Below, piece by piece: positions 37,501 through 49,879 of a DNA stretch of 64,000 nucleotides. Every line of letters begins with the position of its first letter. Position 1 is the first letter of the stretch. The stretch spans positions 56,650,153-56,714,152 of the forward strand of contig NC_090390.1 of the NCBI RefSeq assembly GCF_036365525.1, in the 5' to 3' direction. The notes under the pieces were generated by a model. That model was not told where the DNA came from. It did no database searches and saw only the letters and a list, made by a program, of their open reading frames with translations. This DNA comes from Heterodontus francisci (Eukaryota). The translations under genes and the position numbers were made by a program.

Positions 37501-40315
37501 TTATAGATTGATGCTTGAGGTAAAAGGCTACTATGAAAGGACATGTAAACGTTTATTTATGATACCTTGTTTCTGATTTGAATTACCCCGACTCCTGGAT
37601 TCTTTTTCATGCATCATTTTACGCAGCTTTTCTTCCATTATATGTTGCTTTAAGGAATTTGTCCCCTTCTAGATTGAGTAAAGCAGTATTTACATATAAA
37701 GAGCAATGCAAAGTTCTCAAATCAGTCCAGAGTCATATCTTTGAAAACAAGGGTTCATACATGCTAGCGATTAAGTCACAATAGCTTAAAGTGTATATCA
37801 GAATTATGCAATCGCCGGTATACTGTAAGAAAGTTAAGCATAATTGATTGTGAATTCTATGAGAACTTGGTAAAACATTAATCTGGTGTTCACTTATAAA
37901 ATCTTGAACCGAACCAAAGAGAATTAACTGGATATTTATTATTAAATGTTATACAAATGCTACAGCAGCACTCAAACAATAAATTAAATAATTATGCTTA
38001 AAAACATTATTAACAGACTTTGATTCGGCTCCTTCTTTGAATGCGGCAATTAGCGGTTAGAAAGAAACCATTACACATCTAAATTGGACAGTGATTTTTA
38101 AGCAGCCACCTTCTTATTAATTACATGACTTTCACTAAAGGAATGCATTGTTCTCTCTGATGTTGCTTGGAGATCACGTTCGTCCCTCTACTGTGTAACA
38201 AACTGATTTTTTTTTGCTAATTATTTGCCTTCAGGTTATGGGCAGATAGATCAGAGAGGTACACCTTTCGAGGTCTTAAAACAACCCCTGAGGAGAAGAC
38301 ATCAGAAACCGCGAACATGTCCATCAGGGCAGTCAATCTCTCTGACAGCAGATACTTATCATCAGGGAGCTCCTTTGTAATATGAAGTCTTGAAACAAGA
38401 GATAAACGAGCTGCTTGATACTTTAGGTGTTGTCCCTGAATGTTGAAGGCTTATATCGTTTTAGGGAATGATTTTTTTCCCCTTCTGTTTCTTTTCAGGT
38501 TCTTTTTAAAGAGATGACAATCACGTCACTAGACAGAAACAGAAGTATGCCAAGGGCAATTAACCTTTTGCCTGCTGCAGTGAGAGTTTGAAACCACACC
38601 TCGGAATTCTATTTTTCTTCGGTGTTCTGTAAGCAGAGAGTTGTCTCAGAGAAGATCTGTTCGTTTGGCATAATCATTCTCTCACAATTCGGGATAACTT
38701 ACTTTGTTTAGTCGGCAGAAAAGCGGTTTGGGGAAAAACACATAATTAGTTCTCACAGTTAAAGTAACGTTAAGAATGGTAAACCCTTCGCTTTTCTCAG
38801 CTTTTCTCAGAAACCATTCATAAACGTTGTGTTCAGGAGCAAGTTGCTCGATCACTTCTGACCGAAGAAATACTACAGATGGGAGTGGTTGAATGATTCA
38901 TAATTAACTTAGGGTTGTGTGCCGAACGTTTCCTGTACAGCACCCCCTGTCGATATATATTTTATCACCATTTCTTCAAGCAATGTACAGGTCAACAGCA
39001 CGCATTTCTGCATTTTTATTGCAACAGCAAAACCTGGCATAAATTCATTTTTTGTTTTTGTTGGGAACAACATAGCAAAAACATATATCCAGTATTAACC
39101 GAAAGAAAACTTTCAGATTCACACAACAAATCGTATCGGAGCACAAAAAAATGTATAATTCTGCGATGGCTGCTTTTATGAGACTGGAGGGTATTGGATT
39201 TGTCAATCTTCAGGCCTGTATTGGATTTGTTATTTTTATCATTCTATTTCTTTATGTTACATTCGGGTTAATTCCAAGACGCCAAAACAAGAGAGTAATC
39301 ACTCTGTATTCAGCGCTGATTTAAAAAAAACATCATTCTGTTAAATTCTTAATATACACGAATTGACGATGACAATTACAAGTGCTCGGAGACGATCACG
39401 ACAGAAATTGGAACCCCGCTTTCCAACTTAATATTATGTATGAACGAAAATGAGGCCTGCATTATTAAACTTCTGAATCATTTTATAACACCTGTAATTA
39501 AAAAGAGGGAGAACTAGCATCCATTTATATAATTCCTCAGATGGTGTTATCTACCTCTAGATTGTTTTTAAGCAGGTGTCGGGAAATTAGTTAGTAAAAA
39601 GAAATACATCAGATTTTAACGCCAGGAGCCAACAGTCTGTTTTCAACATCATAATTTTAAGAATGAAAGCAAGATGGGATGTACACGCAAAGCTGAAACA
39701 AACTCAGCTAGCGAATGACTAAATTGCAATCTGCGTTAGTAATATTTCAGTTCAGATACATTAAAAGCAAGCTGGTTTGAGTGAAGGAAAGAAACAAGGC
39801 TGAAACAAAGCCCAGCCTCTTCAGAATGTTTTTGGAAAGTCGGGGTCTTATTTTTCTAAGCAAACATATCAGTAAACCTGATAAATTACACAGAAGTGTT
39901 TGTTTATACAAGTCTGGTATTAAGAACCCGCTAGAGAGAGACTTGTGCCCTTTCTGACTGCTTGATAAAGTTGTTGGAAATCAAGCTACAATTGATGCTA
40001 GAAATGGGGAAAAAACACCGCGGATCTGAAATATAAACAGGAACTGCCGGAAATCCATCGCAAGCCTGTCTGGGTTACAGACTACATTTATAGCAGTTTC
40101 TGATTTTGTTACAGTAGATGTCATGCTGTACCAATCTTAACCACTGGACGTATCATCAGTGGGATCTACATTGCACTCAAATATAGTTTACTGTCTTACA
40201 CGTTTTGTTTCAAATGCAGAAGCTATTATGGTTTAAACTGCTGGTGTGAATGTTGTCAAATTTTCAGACCAGCCAGGTACCAGTACCCGATGACTGTGGC
40301 AGTAACTTTTTAGTA

Positions 40316-40519
40316 TAATAAAAACAAGAAATGCTGGAACCACTCAGCAGGTCTGGCAGCATCTGTGGAAAGAGAAGCAGAGTTAACGTTTCGGGTCACT
40401 GACCCGAAACGTTAACTCTGCTTCTCTTTCCACAGATGCTGCCAGACCTGCTGAGTGGTTCCAGCATTTCTTGTTTTTATTTCAGATTTCCAGCATCCGC
40501 AGTATTTTGCTTTTGTTTT
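40316..40519. mobile_element. Young Penelope pLTR-derived insertion forming a perfect 165-bp palindrome
   Basis: Arms 40317-40398 and 40400-40481 are exact reverse complements; 15-bp TSD AGTAACTTTTTAGTA at 40301-40315 and 40520-40534; sequence matches the pLTRs of the GIY-YIG elements at 44 kb and 50-52 kb. Confidence 0.92.
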
Positions 40520-43304
40520 AGTAACTTTTTAGTACTTTGTCAAATTGATCTGATACCATCTATTTAACATTTCCAACGATTCTGTTCTGTTAATATTAAA
40601 CGCTGCGTGCAGGCACGAGTGTTCAGTTGAAACAACAGCAACACAACTTTTATCTCTCCTGAATTTTCTGCTCATTTTAAACATTCACAGAAAAAGACCT
40701 ACCAGTTTTGGAAGACAAGGCAGAATTGCGAAGACGTATTTTGTCAATAATAACGTGCCAGCATCTGCACAGTTAAATATGAACGATTCCAAGCTATAAT
40801 ATTCATCATCATAATTATGAAAGGTTCAGGAATGCTGTTGATAACCATGTCATAATTCCTTTATCCGCAAAAAAGCAATATCCGACCAAAACAATTTTCA
40901 GACTGTGTGAATTATTAAATATTATTGCATTATCATGCTCGGTCATGATGAATGCTCCAAATGAAAGCTTTGAATCATTGTATAGTGGGCGAATGTGTAA
41001 CGGAGAGAATGCTAACCTTGATATAATTCTAGATAATTTATCCAAGTCCAAACGTTCGGTAGCACAATGGCATCAAACATTGGACGGTAGATGGGCTCTT
41101 TGTTCATTGTTACAGAGTAGTTTGCACCAGAAAGTAAACAATCCTGACTTCGTCAGTGACAGTAGCAAAATATACGCTCTCTGAAATATTATTGATGTGA
41201 GATTTGTTCATTTAGTGTTGGTAGCCCAAGAGACCGCTCCCCAAAACGCTACCGTAAATGTGACGCATAGCTTGTGACAATAAGCTGCGCCAATACATAT
41301 GGTGCGTATAATTTCTGGCTCGATTTATAGTGGAATCGCCCACAACATGGTACCAATATTTAGTGGGGAAACAGTGTTTTCTCTTTTGTCCCTCTTTGGT
41401 TGTACTTGTACACGTCAGTTTGGCTCGTTTGACTTTCATTGTTTTGAAGTTCCCTCAAATGTATGATTAAACTTTTATTCAGGATTGGAAAGGACTGTTA
41501 TAAAAGTATACAATAAGAAAGATGCTTGTCTTCAAACATATATTAGAGCGCAGTGGTTCTCTTTACCTCGGCACATGCATCTATTGCTCGGTCTGTCCAA
41601 TCTGTTGATACCCAGACATTTGCCAAACACTTAATACATGTCATTAATATCTTACTCGTGAGCTTTCTCTTAATGAGAAATCAAACCAGACCCTGCTCTG
41701 GCCTCAATTCTGTAAATCGAAAGGTTGGTCCTGTACCCAGTGACCTGCTTCCAGGGGCACTTATTGACGAATCTTTAAAAGGATTTAGAAAAAGATACAA
41801 TTTGGAAAGCAATGAATCTCGGATTGTATTAAAACTGGAGGTGTATAAACCGGGCCATTATCTTGACACTCTAGCTTAAATCCAGCTGTCTATAAAAGGT
41901 GTAGTGTAAAGCTGGCTGAGTAAGTGTTTAGGTCTCAAATCGTTTTTGTGACGGAGGTGCAATGAAAAACCAACAGCTCGAACGCAGGACGCACTAATCA
42001 CTGTTAAATGCTGATTGCCATACTAGGTAACACGTCCTAAACGTTGCTTTAGTCCAGATTTGTACCATTTTATATTCGGTTAGGTAGGTAAATTAATACA
42101 ACCCAGTTGCATATGATTTATTGCATAAAGCACGTAATTTTAAAAGTATAAAATATTTAACTAAAGTTAAATGGAACATTTACTCTATTTAATTATAGAA
42201 CCGCGGCCTCTCTTCCGCTATTCACATTCGAATACTGAGAACAGACAAGCTGTTCGTAATTTCGGAAATTTGCCTGTTTAATATTGAGTTCTGCATAAAT
42301 TCAATAGTAAATATTTGTTCGTTGTATTACATTGTGTTTAGGAAGAGATTGCTTGTAACACGTTTCGTGTAATATGCATTCCTGATATCTGTACTCTTTA
42401 ATATAACACCAGTTTATTAAACAGTGCAATATCTTATCAAATGTTTCATGTGTAGCTTATGATCTCGCGGCCTTCTCAGAAACCTTCACCCCAATCTGAG
42501 CAATTATTCAGAGTTACCAGAATAATAAGCATAGTTCTTACAGCCTGTATGGAGTCTGTGGTAACACCGTTCTGACTATTATGGAACCTAGAGTACTTTG
42601 CAATATATTCTGCCATGAAAATTGCAAGGGATAAAGCGTCGAGATAGAAAGGAAGGATACAACACTACAATAATGGATCAACATGTTTCTTTCAATTTAA
42701 CTTGCCTGCGTTTTAATCAATGTTTTTAACCACAACAAACGTGAATTCCACAAATCATCAAACTGGTTTACAAACAAGGAAAGTGTATGCTGTTTTCAGA
42801 ATTCATTGGGAAACGGTAAGAAAAGCACTGTGAGTGACACTCAGTACTTCTGAAAATATATAAATGGTCCACTGGCACCAGTTGATGGCGCTACAATTCA
42901 CTGCACCAGGTTGAACCTTATTTGCATGATTTTATCTTCCGCACGAACATTTAAAAGTATATAAATTAATTTGGGAAACTTCATTCATAGGATTGTCATT
43001 CACAATGATTGTTTGGTATCTAGTCCAATACACCATATCCCTCTTGACTGTACATACAGATTTCTAATTGAACTGGAACTTAAAATATGTCTTATGAAGT
43101 GTCACTGTTATTGACTCCTCCATCAAGCTGTCGCCTAAAATTATCATTATCTATTAGTTTATTCCTGTCTTTTATGCTGCTTTTTGCTTGGTGGTTGCTG
43201 GTGATGGGGAACTGGCTAAGCGATGGCTCTGACCCATAAAAATGAGGGAGATAAGTGAATACGAATAGTGGAAGCTGAGGCCCTGGTGGATTCATGGTTA
43301 CCCA

Positions 43305-43690
43305 TTGAACATAAGAACATAAGAAATAGGAGCAGGAGTAGACCTATGGCTCATCGAGCCTGCTCTGCCAATCAGCCCGATCATGGCTGATCTTCGGTTT
43401 CAACTCCACTTTCTCGCCCACTCTCCATATCCCTTGATTCCCCGAGAGACCAAAAATCTGAATATCTCAGTCTTAAATATACTCAACAATGGAGCATCCA
43501 CAACCCTCTGGTGTAGAGAATTCCAAAGATTCACAATCCTTTGAGTGCAGAAATTTCTCCTCATCTCAATCCTTAAATGATCGGCCCCTTATCCTGAGAC
43601 TGTGCCTCCATATTCCAGATTCCCCAGGCAGAGAAAAAACTTCTCAGTGCCTACCCTGTCAAGCTCAGAATCTTGTATGTTTCCTTGACA
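43305..43690 (-). mobile_element. CR1 LINE 3' fragment
   Basis: (GAACATAA)2 GAAATAGGAGCAGGAGTAG terminal repeat and RT C-terminus on the minus strand. Confidence 0.85.
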
Positions 43691-43969
43691 TTAAATCAAC
43701 TCTTTCACGTGTACAATCAGTTACTCCTTCCAGAGATTTGTCAAATAAATCCATCAGTGATCATTATTTAACCAAAAAATGAAACAAACAGAAAAAGGAG
43801 ATTTTTGACAACCTTTTATTGTTTTCTTTTTAAATGTAGTTTTCAGTCCCTACTTCTCTCTCCAAAGGCAGTGACCCATGTGCTATACATCAATGAACAG
43901 CTCTGGTCCTTCAGCTCTTCACCCAAATAGCCAGTGGCCATTCTTCCATGTCTGGGAAGTGAATTAAAA

Positions 43970-45155
43970 ATAGAAAACAAAAGCAAAATATTGCAGATGC
44001 TGGAAATCTGAAGCAAAAACAGAAAATGCTGGAAATACTCATCTTGTCAGGCAGCATCCGTGGAGAGAAAAATAGAGTTAATGTTTCAGGTCGATGAACT
44101 TTCATTAGAACTGGCAAATGTTAGGAATGCAATAGGTTTTGAGCAAGTGAAAGGGGAGAGGGGGAAAGAAGAATGAAAGGGAAGGTCTGTGTTAGGGTGG
44201 ATGGTGGGAGAGATTAAATGACAAAAGGATTTATGGTACAAAGCCAAGTAAAGAAACAAAAGATGTGTCTAGATGAGGTGTAAATGGCAAAGCAGCTGTC
44301 TGAACACAAAGTAAAGGGATTAAGAAAGAAACAAGGAGGGAAAAAACAAAAAGGAAAAAAAGCAGTAAAAAAGAAAAAAATGGGGACAGAGGTTGTGATC
44401 TAAAATTATTGAGCTCAATGTTGAGTTTCGAAGGCTGTAAAGTGCCCAGTCGATAGATGAGCTGCTGTTCCTTGAGCTTGCGTTGAACTTCATTGGAATA
44501 CTGCAGGACAGAAAAGTCAGAATGGGAGAAAGGTGGAGAATTAAAATGACAAGCAACAAGAAAATCGGGGTTGCGCTTGTGGACAGAACAGAGATGTTCA
44601 CAAAGCAATCACCCAGTCTATGTTTAGTCTCCCCAATGTAGAGGAGACCACACTGTGAGCAGCGAATACAGTATACTAAATTGAAAGAAATACAAGTAAT
44701 TGCTGTTTCACTTGGAAGGACTATTTGGGGCCCTGGGCAGTAGGAAGGGAGGAGGTAAAAGGGCTGGTGTTGCATCTCCTGCACTTGCATGCAAAAGTGC
44801 CGTAGGAAAGGGGGGAGGTGTTGGGGGTGACTGAGGAGTGGACCACGGTGTCGCAGAGGGAATGGTCCCTTCGGATTGCTGAAAGGGGAGGGGAAGATGG
44901 AGGTGGCAGAAATGGGAGAGGATGAAAAACAGAAAATGCTGAAATACTCAGCAAGTCTGGCAGCATCTGTAGAGAGAGAAACAAAGTTAACATTTCAGAT
45001 CGATGACCTTTCACCAGATTGGGAAAAGTTAGAGATGTAATAGGATTAAAGCAAGTTAAAGGGGGAAGAGTGAGAAAAAGGACAAAATGAAAGGTTGGGA
45101 AAAGGGTGAAGGCAAGAAAGATTAAATGACAAAAAAGTTTGTGGTGCAAAGGCCA
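43970..45155 (-). mobile_element. Penelope-like element, 5'-truncated, GIY-YIG remnant between two direct pLTR copies
   Basis: NLVYCIRCSQCGLLYIGETKHRLGD (GIY-YIG); pLTR at 43975-44240 repeated at 44925-45155. Confidence 0.9.
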
Positions 45156-46149
45156 AGTCTGGAAAGTGAATACCTATTTTACTGTAGAGGCATCCCAGTG
45201 GAGCCAGATCCTGTTATTGACCAGTGTGAACACTGAGCAAAGACAAAAATTTCTCTGTGATGCCCTGCAGTATATATGAGTATCCAAAATAAGTGGAGAA
45301 AAAAAAGAACTTTTCATATGTTGCTTAAAACATTTGCAAAAAACATCACCACGCATTATCTTTCAGTTTCTTTCATTGTTAGTGCAAGCTTACTAATATT
45401 ACTAATTTTTGAATGTGGAAATCATGACCATTTTTTTCACAGAAAAGGTATATTTTTAATAGTCTTTGTACTGAATGGACAGACCTTTATAGAGACAGGA
45501 ATGATTTAAAAAATATACCAAGATATGCTGTGCAGATGCACTAGTCTTGAATTAATATTTAATTTTGAAATGAAATTCATTGCTGTGTTTTAAAAAAGAC
45601 ATTATTGCAATTGGGTAAGGATAGTAGCATACTCTTCTAATGAACTGTATTTTTTTAAACCGAACTTTCATTATAACAATTGCCTAAGGCCTATTGAAAC
45701 AGTGTCTAAGTTATATGTGTTAGAGTAGAACACATCTGTGGACTAATTTAAGGAAATGTAATACTATTTCCTTTAAAATACTGGCCATTAGAATGTATTG
45801 AGAAAAGTGAATGAGAAAAAGGGAATTACACAATAACATCAGGGGGAGAAATGACCGGGCAGGCGCTAATTCTTAACACTGAGCAGCAGTGCAGCCAAGC
45901 ATCCTGGTACAGCCCCAGAACTGATTCCAGGAAAGCAGCCAAGGGAGGAACTTTGGACAGTTCTGTGGCACATTTAACATTAAAATACTGAAAAGATTAT
46001 GTAAGTTGGGCAATGCCTTGATAAGCAGGAAGTGGTGTATTAGTGTTCATCTTTGGAATTCTTAAAAAGAGCTTGGTGCCTCTGTTGAACAGCATCCAAG
46101 ATAACCCAATGACAAAGAGACCCTATTACAGATGTAGGAGTAATATTCA

Positions 46150-46352
46150 AAGAACAAAGAACAGTACAGCACAGGAACAGGCCATTCGGCCCTCCAAGCC
46201 TGCGCCGATCTTGATGCCTGCCTAAACTAAAACCTTCTGCACTTCCGGGGTCCGTATGCCTCTATTCCCATCCTATTCATGTATTTGTCAAGATGCCTCT
46301 TAAACGTCTCTATGGTACCTGCTTCCACCACCTCCCCCGGCAACAAGTTCCA
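46150..46352 (-). mobile_element. CR1 3' tail
   Basis: AAGAACAAAGAACAGTACAGCACAGGAACAGGCCATTCGGCCC end motif. Confidence 0.85.
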
Positions 46353-47559
46353 GATGTATAAAGTTAGTACTAAACCATAAGATGATTGCTTTTCAGTTAT
46401 GATGATTTAATCATATACTGTCAGGAATATCCTTCCTTTCTGGGGTTCTGCCTGATAATTGATTGTAATAAGTGCTCGAATATTTTCTATTTTTGTAACT
46501 GGTAACTTCAGTAAGTACCGCATTAGATCTAATATTAGAGATTAATATCAACAACATAATTGGATAATACAGCATTTTCAACACTCCTACTGACTCTTAC
46601 TGACTGAGATTACCGTATAATGATTAATTGTGCTGGTGTAACTAAGGATTGCTGCAGATTCAAATGGCATTTAAAGCTGTATTACATTAAAAGTGCTATA
46701 TAAATGTAAGTGTTTGTAAGAATATCTGCTTCTTATATGCAATGCATTGGATAAATTAAATTTTATAAATACACTTTATTTTTCATTTACATCTTATTTC
46801 AATAAACTGGACAAGACAGATTACAAATTGAAACAGGATAACTGGCAACCATTTAACTGGAATTAATGGTAACAATGTATTTGTACCATAGTAAGCATTA
46901 GCATGCTGAAAAATCCTGATAGATATATGTCTTTAAGTTTCTTGTTGTCTAAATGTATAGAAAACATGTGTCAGTATTAAGAATCTTGGGTAGTAGTGCA
47001 CAGCCACCCCTAACGGGTAACCTTCTTTCAATAGCTTGCTGCAGATTAGAAACTCATTAAATTAGGAATGGTGGGCAGAAACTGATGACCCTGGACTCTC
47101 AGTGTAGCTGAAACTAGGAAATTGTAGGTGGCTTGTTTTCTTATGAATCCTTGTGTCCCTAATGGTATCTGAGAGGGTCAGAAAGTATTTAGCCAGCGAG
47201 CTTCTTGACAGAGAGGTAGAATTCTGCAAATTAGTTTTCTAATTCAGGTAAACCTATGCCAGATGGCATTATTTCTGTGACCTCTTTTACAGGAGTTAAA
47301 TTTTGTGCTCATTGCAGTGAAGGATTTCAGTGCTGTGTTGGGAGTGGAATACTATTGTCATCCAATGTTAGCATCAAACACTCCCCAATCAGGTATAGCA
47401 TAATTAGCTGATGCAACTTTACCTTGGCCCCAACATTGAAAGAGCACCCCTATTACAACAGTATGAGTTTTTTCTCTTCATACCCCTGCCATCATATGGC
47501 CTCTGGAGGTCAGTGCTAACTTAGTGCCATTTAATACAGAATTATAGGCAGTTTGTGTT

Positions 47560-48520
47560 AAGTTCACACCGAGCCACCTACGGAGATATTAGGGCAGATG
47601 ACCAAAAGCTTGATAAAGAGGTCGGCTTTAAGAAGCTTCTTGAAAGAGGAAATATAGGGAGAGAGAGAGGGAGAGGTTTAGGGAAAGAATTCCAGTGATT
47701 ACGGTCTTGGCAGCTAAAGGCACAGCAGCCAATGGTGCAGGAATTAAAATCAGGGATGGTCAAGAGGCCAGAATTGGAGGGGAGTGGATATCTTGGAGGG
47801 TTTTAGGGTTGGAGGAGCTAACAGAGATAGCGAGGATAAGACCATGGAGGCATTTGAAAACAAGGATAAGAATTTTAAAATTGAGGCATTGCTTAAACGG
47901 GAGCCAATGTAGGGGGGATGGGTGAACAGGAGTTGGTGTGAATTAGGGCATGGGCAGCAGAGTTTTGGATGACCTCAAGTTTATGGAGTATAATAAATGG
48001 GAAGCTGGCTAGGAATGCATTGGAATAGTCAAATATAGAAGTAACAAAGGCATAGATAAGAGTTTCAGCTGCAGATGAGCTGAGGCATGGCTGGAGTCGG
48101 GCAATGCTACAGAGTTGGAAATAGGCAGCCTTGTGATGGCGCTATATGTGGTCAGAAGCTCATCTCAGTGCCAAAAATTACACCAAAGTTGCAAATCGTT
48201 TGGTTCAGCCTCAGGCAGTTGCCAGGGAGAAGGATGGAGTCAGAGTCAGATGGAAACAATGTTTGTGGCGGGCACCAAAGAAAATGGGCTCGGTCTTCCC
48301 ATTATTTAGTTGGCGGAAATTTCTGTTCATTCAGTACTGGATGTTGGACAAGCAGTCTGAGAGTTTAGAGACAGTGGAGGGTTCGAGAGAGATGGTTTTG
48401 AGGTAGAGCTAGGTGTCATACACGTGTGTACATATGGAAACTGAATCTGTGTTTTCAGATGATGTCACCAAAAGGCAACATGTAATTGAAAAATAGGAGG
48501 GGGCCAAGAATAGATCCAGC
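47560..48520 (-). mobile_element. L2 LINE 3' part
   Basis: GSILGPLLF...MLPFGDII (RT) and AFS...HWNS.P C-terminus on the minus strand. Confidence 0.8.
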
Positions 48521-48566
48521 AGTCTGGGCTGGATTCAGACTTGGGCCTGAAATATTCAGGGGCTGT

Positions 48567-49335
48567 GGGCTGGATTTTGTGGTGCTGGCATGGATGGCTT
48601 CCAGAGCTGAGCCAAAAAGGCTAGGGGAACCCCGCCACGGCCATTCCAAGGCCTCCGATGCAATCTTACGTTGCTCTGACACTTAAGTGGCTAGTGTAGG
48701 ATAACCATCCCTTTAAAGACACACATCCTGCCTCCAAGAGCTTCCTGCCAATCACAGGGCTGGCAGCTCAGCAGTATCGGCAGCACCACCAGGAATGCTG
48801 GCCACTGCTGGTACTGCAGAGACCATGGATCCAGGTTCAGCACTGGAGACCCGCTCCTCAGATAAATGAGGTAGGGTCGCCAGGGCCAGTCCGGAAGCTC
48901 CTGGTGAGGGGGGTGGTGGAAGGCTAGGCGTTGTGCAGGTAGAGGGGGATCCACGGAGGTGCAGTTTTTCCAAGCAGGTGTCCTTCGTGGGCCACAGACT
49001 GACCACAGAGGATGGACCCCCTCCCCAAGACGGCAGGGAGGGCACCCTGTATTATTGGGTTACCTCCCAATGTGGCAGAGGCACCCCCGCAACTAGTTAA
49101 ATCCCAGCGGCATGGGGAAGAGGCCCTTGAGTGGTCATTAATAGGCCACTTTCGGGCCTCAACTGGCCTCTGGGCGGAAAGACCATCATTGGCCAATCCC
49201 GCCCCTGTCAAAATCACTTGGTGACAGGGAGGCGACGGGCCCTCCATGCTCCACCTCCCGTTGCAATTCTATGGGCCCACCCCCTTCCCCAGCCTCTGAA
49301 ACCGTCTTGGGGGGGGGACGAATAAATTCCAGCCC
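48567..49335. mobile_element. GC-rich MITE, probably PIF/Harbinger-related
   Basis: Terminal inverted repeats GGGCTGGATTTT / AAATTCCAGCCC; internal CCACTT.AGGGCC motifs shared with 56000-56230 and 62867-63515. Confidence 0.7.
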
Positions 49336-49879
49336 TGGTTAGTTCATTGTATCACCCAAATTCCTAGACACCATTCTCAGAAAGCAAGCTATCTAATTTC
49401 AGGCCTTTGCCAATGGCTGGATAATAGATTCATGAAAGCAGCACAGGTTTGCTTGCTGTCTGCTTTTCCCTCCTTTCCATAGGAGAAAACACCCTCACTG
49501 TTACTGGGTGCCTGCTCATGATAGCTTATTTAGATTGGAGACTCACCATGTAGGGAATTATAAGTACAAACCTATATCCTTTGATGCTAGGGTGGCCACT
49601 GGCAGAGGCCAGGAATACTGGACACAAAAACTGCCCTCGGCCCCTCAACCCCTGCGTATGCACACACGCAAAAATAGATGCAAGCTTAAGACCTGCATCC
49701 TGCCGATATAATTAATTAAAATGAGTATGGAGCATTGCAATTGTATTTTTTGTGCCCTGAATGAGCTTTATTGATTAACTTCAAAATACCGGACCTAAGG
49801 GAGTCTGGTACCTGAATGGGGCCAGATGGACTGAAATTGAACTATTCGGTACAAAATCAGACAAATGGCCACCCTATTT

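Noticed and set aside
40317-40481. Canonical miRNA gene or active ribozyme
   Set aside because: It is a perfect TE-derived inverted repeat with a TSD, and it lacks the CUGANGA half of the hammerhead.
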